Shown here one piece after another: positions 50,988-63,350 of a stretch of DNA of 64,000 nt (positions are counted from its first letter, which is position 1; each line of letters starts with the position of its first letter). Below the pieces are notes generated by a model. That model was not told where the DNA came from. It saw nothing but the letters and a program-made list of their open reading frames with translations, and searched no databases. Source of the stretch: Selaginella moellendorffii (lineage: Eukaryota; Plantae; Lycopodiophyta); NCBI RefSeq assembly GCF_000143415.4, contig NW_003314328.1, forward strand, positions 242,995-306,994, written 5' to 3'. The position numbers were made by a program, and so were the translations under genes.

Positions 50988-52146
50988 AAGCACAGCCATC
51001 AACCTCATTTCCAGTCACTCACTCATTCGTTTGTTCGTTGGTTCGCTCGTTTTCGCCCGCCCAGAGCTCCGAGCTCCTCTTTCTCCCTTCTTCTCTCTCC
51101 TCTCGCTCTTTTCGATCCACCACAAACTCACACACAAGTCTCTCCCCATTTGTTTCTTCCCCGTTTTTCTGTTTTTTTTTTGGTTTGGGCCTGAGCGCTC
51201 CAGGCTTTCGCGAGGCACTTTTTTTTTTCTTCTTTGGATCGTTCTTGCGGGGGCTGGTTTTGCTGCTCGAGCGAGATCGATTGGTTTTGGATTTGGATTG
51301 CTTGGCTTTGCTTCGAGTGATCCACGCTTGATATCCTTTCATGGTGGAATGCAAATCACTGAGGTACAGGCGTGGATTACCGGCTCGTGCTTACTGAGAG
51401 AGAAAGGATGGGATTGCTTGCCTGATCATTGCGGTTTGTGGGCTTCTCAAGATTGTGGTTTTTTTTCTTTCTTTTTTTTCCTTTCACTTTCGCTGCTGTT
51501 GATGGTTCTGGTGATGTTGTCTCGAGGGAAGACGCTCGCTCTCGCTGGCTGGCTGTTTTGCTGCCTGCGCTGCTTTCACTCACTCTCTCTTTCAATGGGC
51601 TCGCCTTTGTTTGCTTGCTCCTTTTGCTTTTCTGAATCTATCTGTCTGCATCCACCACTTGGTCCATCCCTCGCTTTGGCATTTTGCTTCCTTTGATGTT
51701 TGCCTCTCCAACTGCAGGGCTGCTCGTTTCACTGATCCCCACTCCAGCTTTCATTCTCTCTTTTCAATCGTCGCATACTTCTCGTCCTCCTTCGCTTTCC
51801 ATGGCGTTGTTGAGAGAAAAGCCAGTGTAGTCGTTTCCAAATCGTCCTTGTGCACCCTCCCTGCAAATTCCCGTCCGTGACAGAATCCCAAAGCTCGATT
51901 CTTTCCGCCCGCAGTCATTTCCTCTTCATTTCGCTCATTTACTGCAATTCTTGGGGTTTGAAAGCACGCGTGCGTCGAGAATTCGATCCGAGCCGCGGAG
52001 GACTTGAGAAGCAACGTCAACAATCGGCGCTGGGAGAGGTCTGTGTTTCTTTCCTGCGATGATCTTCCCTGCGCGAGTGACATACACATACGATAGTTTT
52101 GAGAGGCCTCGAGGTTTTGAGCTATGGTGTGTCGGGCTTTGGCTTG

Positions 52147-52416
52147 CAGGGGGAGCTCCCTTCAATTCAACTGAGGTCGGTGCGTCGCTGTTACTCGCTG
52201 CTGACTCATGCATTCGCCTGACATGCCCGCAACCATCATCAGATCGTGATCAGGACACGCCGAAAACATGCCCGTGATCACCTCCGCAACTCTCTGATCT
52301 CGGCGAGGTTGATCACAGAATCCCCCGAGTTTGAGGCATGGCAGCCGTGTGCATGATGCAGGAGCAGGTGCGGCTTCGGCTCTGAACTTCCCTTGGATTG
52401 AAGGGAGCTCCCTTCC
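52147..52416 (+). ncRNA. MIR159: MIR159/319-family precursor; mature 52392-52412, star ~52153-52173
   Basis: Mature CTTGGATTGAAGGGAGCTCCC pairs with GGGAGCTCCCTTCAATTCAA; loop-proximal blocks GCTGCTGACTCATGCA and TGCATGATGCAGGAGC typical of long miR159/319 fold-backs. Confidence 0.95.
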
Positions 52417-53509
52417 AGATTCACAGCATCGTTTTGCAACACTTCTTTGCTATTTGTTTCCTTTTCTTGTTTCGTTTTTTTCTTTTCCTTGAGAAAATAA
52501 ACAGTTTTTGGTTCGTTTCAAGCTCGTTTGAATTCCAGCCATGTCAGTTGTGCAGCTTTGGGACACAGATCCAAGTTGAAAAAGAAGGAAAAATAAGTTT
52601 TATTTTGCATTGCTTGTTTCTCATTCTTCCTATTTTGTGGCCTAGACAATGAAGGAAGAATCTGTGCTGGAGGGGAGTCATTCAATTTGAGGGGCGAACT
52701 ATTCGGGCACAGGTACTTAAATGAGATCGATTTTGGAATTCCTCAGAGCTTACAACAATGCAGGATCTCTCCTACCAGATTTCCCCTCCTGCTTGCTTTT
52801 GTTGTTTTGTTGGGGAGGATTTAACCGCCCGCTCAACAGCTTATACATTTGACTTCACAGAGAGGAGCTCCTTTTCTTTCCTGTGATCCTCGATTTAAAC
52901 AGTTTCTAGCAGAGATTGTCGTTTCCTCCATAATCAATTAGTACAAGCAAAGCAAACCCAAGCAAAGCTTGTTTATCATTTCTCAACATTCCAGCAGTCA
53001 TATATATATATATATATTTCAAGCAAGGTAGCTGATAGTGAGAGCGAGGGGGGATGTTCAGAAGTGTTGCAAGTGACTCAGATTGTAAGAGAGTGAGGAT
53101 CAGAAGAGGTTGATAGATAGATGCTGTTTATGGTTACTAAAGTGTCTTTTGGGGCATGGGTTAGAAGATTGGAAATTACATTACTGGAAATAATAATAGG
53201 AAACTCTTGGCTCCAGCAAGCAAATGGTAAAAAAGAATGAGAAAGAGGAGTGTTGCAATGGAAGAGATTGTATAAAAAAAGCAAAAGCCTGGAACACACC
53301 TGTAGAAGTAGAAATGAAGGGTGGAAAAAGAGATGGAGGCAAACTGCCCACAGCCCATACCCCATGTCAGAAGTGCAGGGACATTCTTTTCAGGGCTTGT
53401 CCATTGGAGGAACAAACCCTGGAAAACCATAGCTATTTGAATTTGATATCTTTAAACTTTCAAACTATTAGGGCACACTCTGTTCTAGGTTTAGGGCTCT
53501 TGGACAGGA

Positions 53510-56500
53510 ATGGGCGAGGCGGAGGAGACGCTGCCGGAGCCGCGGCGCTGGGCTCCGCCGCCTATTCCGATCTGCGCAGCGGCGGATCGCAGCAGCTTGC
53601 TGCTGGAGTGGCCGAAATACGTCGATTTCGCTGATGGATTCGAGTACTGCTTGGAGCTGGGGTTGAAGAGGGCGCTGAGGAGCGATCTGCACGGGCGGAG
53701 GCCCGGGAAGAAGAATGCGGGGATGGGAAGAGATCTCGGAGCGCCCGAGCTGATCGAGTTTGCCGTGGCCTGGTCGGAGCATTTCCCGCAGGGGATTTTC
53801 ACCTCATCCGCGGCTGGGTATGCGGTGAATTTCGACTGTCTTGAGTGGAAGACGATCTATCGTGGCTCGGAGAACTCAAGCAAGGTATTCGAGCTTGTTT
53901 TTTTCTTCTTCTTCACGCGGTTGCTGGTGTGATATATGTGCATTTTGTTTTTCTTGGTTGGATTCCACGAAGAACAGGTTGAGGATTTGATACCCGGGAT
54001 GGGATACGTTTTCCGGCTTTGCGTCATGCTTCCGGATTCATGTTCGAACGAAGCACCACCACCTCTTTCCTCGGACCAAATCATGTTTTTTACAATCCCA
54101 TGCGCGCCATGCCCGCCGGAGTGCCCGCTACTCGTGGATCGTGGAAGAACTTCGCTTAAGGTTTGTTTCTTCTCGTTTTTTCCTTTTGTAAGCTGGATGA
54201 TTCTTTTTTTTTTCTCTATAGTTGAAGTGGTCGCCACCCTCGATTACCGGCGGAATGGCGATACGTGAATACATCGCTGAGATGAAGCGTCCAGGCGGCG
54301 ATTTTGAGAACGTCTACAGTGGTGGCACAAATCTCACGGTTAAAGTGACTCGGCTTGTCCCGGGAACCAGCTATATCTTTCGTGTGCAGGTAGACATTTT
54401 CTATTTGTCTACGTTCTCATTTTCTCGTTTTCCTCACTCCAGGCTTTGAGCTGCCTAGGCTGGAGTGGCCTCAGTAAAGAAGTGACATATGTCACAGCTT
54501 CGTCTGTTCCTGCTGCACCCACGCCTCCTAGTCTCTTGAGCTCGTCTCGAAACTCCATATCCCTTTGCTGGGAGGTATTGCCAGATTTCTATTTAGACTT
54601 TTCTGAGCTTCGTTCTGTCACTTCGAAATACAGGAACCAGACAATCATGGCTCACCAGTATCCTCTTATACTCTTGAGGCTGACGATGGTAAACGGCAAC
54701 TTTCATACATATGTATATGATATTTTATGATGCAGGACTCGACGGGCCGTTTTCCGTTGTTTACAGTGGCGAGGAACGAAGGTTTGACATTTTTTCAGGA
54801 TGATTTGCCATTTATTAATACTTTTATCTCTTAGTTGTGAAGTTGGTAACCTGAGGAGTGGAACCAGCTATAAGTTCAGAGTTCTTGCTCACAATGGCAT
54901 TGGGAAAGGTGCATTTAGCGCGTCTGCGAGGTTTTCAACATCGCACTCACCTCCATCTGCGCCTCGGTCACTTAGCATTCTTGGCAAGACATCAACCTCT
55001 GGAGTCATCGGCTGGAGCCCACCTGATTACAACGGTGGAAGCTCTATAACCGGGTTTGTCATACACAGTACTTTACTAATAAAACAAATCTCATGCGGTT
55101 TCATTCAGGTATGAACTGGAGTTCAAGCTGAAGGCGTCTGGCAGCTGCTGGACTCAAGCATATAGCGGTCAATCGAGCACGTGCAACCTCATTGGTCTTC
55201 GTCCTGGTACGCATAAGATGGCATTTGTAATCGACAAGCTGAGTCGTTCGTGCAGGATGTCAATATCATGTGCAGGTAAGAGCAAAGAATAACGAGGGAT
55301 GTGGAGATTTTTCTCAAGAAGGTATTCAGATTCTCTTATGAAGTAATAACGCCGTTCTTAGTTCGTTTGTGTATGCAGCTTCTTTTATGACTTCTCCTGG
55401 CCTGTCAGAAGCTCCCTCGTCTCCGGTGTTTTCAGAAATACGAAGTACATCGCTGAAAGTTTCCTGGGACCGTCCCAACCACGACGGTGGCTCAGCTATT
55501 CTCGGATATCGTTTAGAGGTAATGTTACACTTCTATCAACAGATTTTAATTTTTCGTCTTAGATGCTAATTGCAGAAACAAGCGACTCTTTGTGTGTATA
55601 TCGAGGGGATGAGCTTTCTGTTGGCGTAGACAAGCTTATTCCCGGGCAGAAATACATTTTTAAAGTACAGGCTTTGAACAAAGCTGGTTCTAGCGGTTGG
55701 AGCGGTATGGTAGTTGTCTGCAGCTGGCTTTGACTGATTTTTTGTTGTGTAGGCCCGAGTGAAGTTTGGACAAAAGCAGCTGTTCCGGATGCCCCTGAAA
55801 CTCCAACTATTGTCAATGTATCATCTACCACCGTTTCTCTACGGTAACTGAGATTCTCGCTTTAAACGAGTTCTATGACACACAAGTGACGTTGCAGGTG
55901 GATCTCGCCAAAGCCAAACGGTAGTTGCATACTATCTTACCGTCTTCAAATGGCCAATCTAGGATATGATGCAACAAACCGGCAGAATGAGATGTTTCGT
56001 TTTTATTCATCTGGAACTGATCGTTACATTGCTGGGGAGGAAAATGTGAGGTACAGATAATCTCGTAAGGTTGTTTTCGCTTATATAAGTTTAGACGCAG
56101 GAAACACAGACTGAAGATAATGACCAGGAACGTCACGCTGTTCAATCTGTGTACGATGGTCCTGCTCTTGCGTATACATTGAAGAACCTTCAGCCATGGA
56201 CTTCATATGCTTTCTGCTTGCAGGTTGTGTGCCTTCTCGATTCTTTACATTCATATCTCGTGGCTTGCCAGGCCTTGAATTCGGTTGGAGAAAGCGTTTG
56301 CAGCAAGATCATCCTCTCTAAGACATCTCCGTCTTGTCCTTCGCCACCGTCTCTTGTCATTAGTGAAACATCAACCGATACTGTGTCGCTACAATGGGAG
56401 GTATCAAATTGTTGCTATTGAAAATTTATCGGGCTCATTAGTTTAACGATTTTTGCAGCTTCCACAGCGAGACAATGGTGCTAGCGTGATTTCTTTTGGC

Positions 56501-57772
56501 CTTCACATGAAAAAAAAACCCGAAGCCTTCAAGAACAATCCAAGACATAACAAAACGCATATAGAGGACACTACGGACGAGTGGACTGAAGTATACAAAG
56601 GGGCATTGCTCAAGTAAGCAATTATTTTATGTTTTACTTCATCTAAAAAGCTTGCTGCAGTTACGCGTTACCGTCGCTACTGCCTGGGCATTCATACATG
56701 TTCCGGCTCGTAGCCTACAATGTGTATGGCCCTTCTGGACCAAGCTTTGTGACTGCCTCCACACTTGCAGCGTGTCCTCTTCCTCCATCCCCGCCAACAT
56801 TTTCTGGAATATCACCAACAAGTGTCCGTGTCAGGTGGGCTGCCCCTACTTGCGACAATGGAGCACCGATCTTGAGGTTGGTGTTGTTGATCTTTCAAAG
56901 ACCTTACTTTTTATTCGACCTTTCTGCAGATACAGGCTTCTCATGGATCATTCTAAGTCTGGTCATATGCATAAGGTTTGAATCGTCTTTTTTTTCTCTC
57001 TTAACTGTCTACATGTATTGATTGCAAATCTATCTTTTCAAGGTGTACGAGGGGGATTCGACGTCTTACAAAGTTGTAAAGCTCGTACCTGGGAGATCTT
57101 ATCAGGTGGCTGTCCAGGTAAAAAGACCCAAACAGATATTCTCGGTTTTTGCTCAACAGCTTTGTCTAGGCTATCAACTCTGCCGGTGCGAGCCATCTGA
57201 GCGACTTGTCTTCGGTTACTCTCCCAGCTCAGATCGTTCTTCCCGCACTGGACGCACCACAGCTGGCTCGTTCCAATGATTTCCTTTCCGTATCGTGGAC
57301 GCATCTGGATCAGCGAGAGGTCGTCTCTTACACACTCCAGATGGAGTCAGCGCCTGGCAAGTTACTCCAAGTTTACGAGGGCTCCACTCCAAGGTACGTC
57401 CATTAATGTTCTCGGGACAAGGAAGTAGACTGCACACTTAATTGTTTCTTTTTTGATTTTTTCTACTGTAGGTTCATGCTTGATATCAACAACAGTAATA
57501 AGAGCTGCAAGTTTCGAGTGCGCGCCAACGGGGGTGGTCTGGAAGTTTGCTCCGGCCCCTGGAGCCCATTCTCGACATGGACTCCTCCACCCGTGTCCAA
57601 ACAGAAACCAAAGGATGTGAAGCGATCCAGCTCGATCACGACAATGGATTTCATACGAGGTATGCATCAAAGACTCGCAGATCCATGGAGTGTCAAGCAG
57701 CGAAGGATGATTGCGCTAATCGGGACTTTGCTTACACTAACTCTGGCCTTGTTCACGAACACTCGCGATTGA
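53510..57772 (+). CDS. Multi-FN3 (about nine fibronectin type III repeats) protein with C-terminal transmembrane anchor; many exons
   Basis: Repeated P-x-x-P...W-x-x-P-x-x-x-GG...Y-x-L...L-x-PG-x-x-Y-x-F-R-V-x-A-x-N-x-x-G units; C-terminus RRMIALIGTLLTLTLALFTNTRD*; junction near 55980-56100 not resolved. Confidence 0.85.
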
Positions 57773-59233
57773 TTCTCAGGTACGTGGCCTTGGACAAGTC
57801 AAACAGGGGAGGAAAAATCTAACCTTTCAAAGCCACTGTCTCGCAGGAGTTTCGGTCAAGTTTGGTTGGCCTCGCCTCACATGGTGTGTTTCTAAGATCA
57901 AGAAGATCACGCGTACGTAACTCCATGCATGCGTACGGAGGCCGCCAAGCAAGCCTTTGCGAATTGATTGCGGTGACGCGGAATCGCCGACCAGAGACCT
58001 GCCACGTAGCACTCGCTCGCTCGCCCATTCCGCGGCGGAAAACGTCACCGCCCAGCCAACCACCACGCTCTCGACTTTCCACATCGGAATGTGGCCCCGG
58101 TGCGCATTCAATGAAGCCTCACATCTATCTATCCCGGAAGTACAGTTGGGTGGTGGTTCCCGGTTCAAATCCGATATATTCCCAAGCCATACCCGCCACA
58201 TCAGCGTGACACGTGCCAACGTCAGCAAAGCGCGTTCTTCTAAAAGACGAGACCCCTTCCTCTTTTTTTTTTTCAAGTTTTACCACAAGGAAGGTTCTGT
58301 TTTGAGTCTTTGGATTCGTTTCCTCCAAGAAAAAAAAGAGAGAAGATACGAATGGAAGATCACGTAGGTTGTGATCAATCAAGGTCTTAAGACATTAACA
58401 ATTACCATTTTTTACTTTTTTCCTGTTTAGACCGAGAAGAGCGAAGCTTCTGTGTGTAGATTTTGACCAGCCGCTGCTTTTCCAAGTGAATCGCTATCGC
58501 ATTGATTGCACGAGTGAGGAAAAAATTACCACCGCCTTGAACAAGTGAAAACCAGCCCCATCAAAAGATCAAAATCAATCAAGGTAACCCAAGTTGGTGC
58601 AACCAAAAACAAAATGCCGGCTATTAGGGCAAATTCACCCAAGACACGTGGAGCAATATGGACTGTGCATGCAGACGTAGTTACTGCCAGATGCCAGTCA
58701 TATATTCCGCATATTCCACTGTGCCCGGTCGCTTTTATTTTTTTACTTTTTTCCGACAGCAGCAGCGCGACCGGATCGTTTTCCACCTACCAGATTCCGC
58801 CGGTTGCGGCGTACGGACACGAGGGGAGCTAGCGTACGGTAGCCGCCGTCAACGGTGTGGATCTACGGTTCCATTCACACGGTCTCAAATCCAGCTAAAA
58901 AATCTTCCTTGGGCCGAAAAATACTTGCCTCTTCCTATTACACAATCTCTTCTAGACCATCGCCCACCGATCCCCAGGTGAGCGCTACAGGTTCTCGAGC
59001 GGTCAGAGAATCGCAAATTCCAGGTCTGTCTATCCAAATGCGATAGCGCGCGATGATCTCACGAGCGAATCCCCGAGGATAAAGATATATAATTCGATTC
59101 GAGGCCGAGAGAGCTTGATGCGAGCGGAGAGGAAGATCCTTGAGAGGGGACGAGAGAATTCACGCCTGTGAATGATTCCAGGAGCTCGGATTCCTCCTGT
59201 GCTGCTTCGTCTCTCCATCTCCAATCGCTGTCA

Positions 59234-60385
59234 ATGGCAACCTGGGAGCCAAAGTTGCCTTCTTCCTTCCACGAGACGTCTCTCTGGTCGCTCAAATCCA
59301 GTGCCGCTAGCGCTACCACCGCCGCTGATCACAACCACCACCACTTCTCTTGGTCTCCTCTAGGTTCCAGCGATTCGCCTACCACCGCCACGATGGCCGA
59401 CAAATCGCTTCTTAGCGCTCTCAACAAAGCTTCGCCTCCATCGCGTCAATTCGCCACCAGCGGTGACAAGCTCGATCAGCCCACAGATTTTCAGCACGAC
59501 GGGGACGCTGGAGCTCACGGCTATGGCAGTGCCACCACGAATTCCTCCACGGCGCCAAACCGGGGCAGCGCCACCATCGCCAACAAGCTCCTCGGTGGGG
59601 CGGGAGCTCTAGGAACAGGATCCGGGAAGGTAACAAAGAAGCGAGCTCGCGCGTCGCGGAAGCCTCCCACCACCGTCCTCGAGGCGGACAGCTCCAACTT
59701 CCGGGCGATGGTGCAGCAGCTCACTGGGATCCCGTCGGTTCCGTTCCTCTCCTCGTCGATGCACCAGCGAAACGGCCTCGAGTTCCTGGATCTCGGCAGG
59801 CCCCCGACGGCCACACGCTCGATCCTGGGCTTCGCAGGTCCACACCACCAGGCGTTGCAGGGACTTCCACCGCTCGACCCCTCGGCTTTGCTCCCAGCTT
59901 TCGGCTCGAGAGCTCACTCCGAGGCCACGGCCGCTGGGTTTGGATCATCGTCGCCATACTTCAAGTACATGTCCGCCGCGGTGGCCGCCAGCGCTGCTCC
60001 TCACGAGCACTCGAGGCAGCAGCAAGCTCCTCCCAGTATGGGGGACTTTCTGAGAACACCGCTGGACGAGCTCGGCCTGGACCAGAATGCGAGCTCGCCA
60101 CTGCTGAGCTCGCTGGATCAGCAGCAGCAACACGAGCAGCAGCGTGTAAATCTTCCCAGGAAATTGGAGAGCTCGGAGCTCTCGTCCATGCCTTCGATGT
60201 GGGAAGGAGGTGGCGATAGCTCGAGTCGAGAGTTGCAGGCGACGAATTGCAAGACCGAGGATGGTGGTCCGGAGCATGGAACTGATGATACCGGCGACCA
60301 GGAGGGATCCAACAGTAGGATGGTTCACATTGTGGATTCGTGGTTGTCCCATGCAGATCAAACCACGGATCACAAGCAGCACTGA
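59234..60385 (+). CDS. VQ-motif protein, intronless
   Basis: KKRARASRKPPTTVLEADSSNFRAMVQQLTG (FxxhVQxhTG); TATA at ~59086; first in-frame ATG at 59234. Confidence 0.93.
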   Translation: MATWEPKLPSSFHETSLWSLKSSAASATTAADHNHHHFSWSPLGSSDSPTTATMADKSLLSALNKASPPSRQFATSGDKLDQPTDFQHDGDAGAHGYGSATTNSSTAPNRGSATIANKLLGGAGALGTGSGKVTKKRARASRKPPTTVLEADSSNFRAMVQQLTGIPSVPFLSSSMHQRNGLEFLDLGRPPTATRSILGFAGPHHQALQGLPPLDPSALLPAFGSRAHSEATAAGFGSSSPYFKYMSAAVAASAAPHEHSRQQQAPPSMGDFLRTPLDELGLDQNASSPLLSSLDQQQQHEQQRVNLPRKLESSELSSMPSMWEGGGDSSSRELQATNCKTEDGGPEHGTDDTGDQEGSNSRMVHIVDSWLSHADQTTDHKQH

Positions 60386-62104
60386 GGAGAGTCTACACAC
60401 TGATATACATCGCTAATAATTTTCGCGGAGCTGTAGAGACACGCACGTTTTTAACTTTAGAAGTTCCAGAGGTTGGGCTGCTTTCACAGATGCGAGCTTC
60501 TCAGCATAACGTTTTACTACAGTAGAGAACAAGGAATTAAAAATATACACCTTTCATGCCTCACTTTCAGGAAGCCCAGAAGAATTACCAAAGAAACAAA
60601 GCGATGAGGAAAATCTCGAAGAAGAGACTAGCAGCCACCCTGACCATGGGAATCAGAAAAAAGTGTATAAAGGCAAATGGAAAGTGGAGAAATCATACCT
60701 CGCAAGCCGGGAGATGGAAAGCAAAATTCCAAGGCACCTGAGAAAAGGTCGATGACATGATAAGAAAACTAGGAGCAGCTTTGCAATGTCTTGTTCGCAC
60801 CATATGTTTGGAGAAAACGTGAGCAACTGCCAAGATGTTTATCTTATGCTTCGTGTGAGATACTTGGAACAAGATTACTAGAAAAGTATGCTAGTCCTGA
60901 GCTTGACTTAGTTTCATCATAGAAACTTCTGGATCGTCAAGTCCTCGCAGGCATCATGTAAGAATGCATTTCAGATTTAATGTTCTTTAAGTCAGAGGAG
61001 ATACAAGCTTACAGGCGTCCTTTTCAAGTGGATCCCACGAAGCGGCAAATCCCCTGAGGCGCTTCCCCTGAGCTCGAGCACGCTACCATAACCAGTGTAA
61101 TCCATCTCCACGCACTCTTTGCCCACATCCATGATAAGCCTTTGCTGCTGAGAGGGATTTGAGAAAAACGGGCAGATCCTTGGCCAAGGGCTGAAGACGC
61201 AATCCTGCCACATATCGTGGCTGGGGCAAGTTGCTGCTGGTCTGGGGATATGGCATGTACTTTCTGCCTCAACAAGCTCTTCTAGTGGCACCAAGCAGCT
61301 CTGGAGTGGAAATGAGTCTGATGTTATTATGTTATTGTGCTATCAGTGCTCAACATGGGGCTATGAAGGATGAGGAGATAATGACAGGATGGCTGCTAGA
61401 AAAAGTTGAAAGTTCCTGCTGGTTAGCACTTTCAGCATTTGCAAAGTTTAAAGCAAATATGAAGTAACATTATAATGCTCAGAGGATTTTGAAACTTTAT
61501 TTCTTCTTATCCTATTAATATTTTAAAGATAAAAAATATTAAGGTTTGAAATATTTTATTTAATGTTGAAAATTTAAATGTCTTTTATGCTGGAATGAAG
61601 TAGAATTTACAGATTAAATCAATAAAAGTTGTCAAAGAAATTCATCATTAAGACACTTAAACACTCTTAAACACCCAAGAAGTAGTGTTTGGTATCATGA
61701 GGGTATTAAATAAAACTATAAGGACTAAATCGTTAAAGAATAATGAATATAAGGTGCTATCCAATGTTTAAAGTGGTAGAAAGTTAAAGATGGGAGAAAT
61801 TAATCTATCCAAAATTAGATAAAGCTAATTTTTTTTTAACAAGGTTAGTAACAGACATACAAAGGATCGTGAGTAGCAACATTAATCCTTGTGTGTGGGA
61901 TTACAAGATGAGTATATCCAGATTGAGGAACCACTCTCAACCTATTGGGTAGATTTATCCTTGCTAAGGTATGGGAGAAAATAAAATGTTATTTTTCTAA
62001 CCTAGAAAAGAATAACCAAAGGGAACATATAATGTGAAAAAGCAAATAATAAAAAGATAGAACTGAATCATAAGAATTGAAGAGCATAGCTAAAGTTGGT
62101 TGTG

Positions 62105-63350
62105 CAAATTGGGAGTGAAGAATCAAATGGGTGTTACTACTTAAAGGTGTTGCTATTGGAAATTATGATGCCATAGACAGTCTAAAGTATGGAATTGTCC
62201 ATATTAGATTATATGGCAATTAAAAAGTTTGCAAAAGAACAGGCATTAGCAAGTTAAGGGATAAAGTCCCTTTAATATTCCCAAAGACAATTCCAGGTAG
62301 GTTAGTACCTAGAAAGACAAGTGTAAATAGTTTATTAGAACATATGAAATCAGAGTGATATAACAAAAACGTGGTCTTGAAGCTTACTATGAGGCAAAAC
62401 TATTAAAGTTAGGGAACTAATTCCCAAATGTGAAAAGAAATGGCTTTGAATGAAAATTGATGGTTAAAGACTTTCATGCTTATACATGAAATCATATTAC
62501 GGTGGTCAAGTGATTTGCTAAGTGAGATTGGCAAGTTGGGGGAGCAAAAGCCTTAGTTGAAGGTGTTAACTTAAAAAAAGGTGGCTCATAAAGCTAAGCA
62601 TGGAAGAGTCTATACATAATCATAGGCTTGTCAAGTGAGAGGATTTGGTAGTTTAGAGGAATTAGATTTTTGAGTTGTGATCCGTAGCATGTATTGGGTA
62701 TAATTTGGTGCACTCGCATGAGGAGTCATGCCAGACATTTGTGGTGATGCCATCCGTAGATGCATATGCAGGTTGGGTTCGAATCCCAACTCTCTAATGC
62801 TTGGGTTCGAATCCCAACTCACTAAGGCATAATGATGGTTTGATAATAAAGGGATATAACTAAATTATAGGAATTAAAGTGTATAATTAAGAGTGGTTAT
62901 GCAAGTTGGGAGTGGAGAATTAAGTGGGTGTTACTACTTAAAGGTGTTGTTATTGGCAACCGTGTTTCCATGAAGAGTCTAAAGTATGGAATTGTCCATA
63001 TTGGATTAAATGGCAATTAGAAAGTTTGTGAAAGAAAACTTTTTAGCAAGTTAAAGGATAGAGTCCCTGTAATATTTCCAAAGATAATTCCAAGTAGGTT
63101 AGTACCTAGAAAGACAAGTATAAATGGTTTATTGGAACATGTGAAATCAAAGTGATATAGCAAAAGCATGGTTTTGAAACTTGCTATGAGGCAAAGCTAT
63201 CAAGGTTAGAGAATTAATTCCTAAATGTGAAAAGAGATGACTTTGAATGAAAGCTGATAGTTAAGGATTTTCACGCTTATGCATAAAACCATGTTATACT
63301 GGTTGGGTGACTTGCTAAGTGAAATTGGCAAGTTAGGGGAACAAAAACCC
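62105..63350 (+). repeat. Diverged ~450-bp direct repeat pair (~62105-62550 and ~62902-63350) in AT-rich TE-like DNA
   Basis: Shared blocks such as GGGTGTTACTACTTAAAGGTGTTG and GTAGGTTAGTACCTAGAAAGACAAGT in both copies. Confidence 0.85.

Noticed and set aside
50493-51696. 233-aa and 221-aa ORFs as proteins or miPEPs
   Set aside because: Non-ATG starts and F/L/S-rich translations of a CT-rich leader; no domain features
58077-58180. snRNA USE-like TTCCACATCG and a GGTTCAAATCC B-box
   Set aside because: No correctly spaced TATA, no snRNA body and no tRNA cloverleaf
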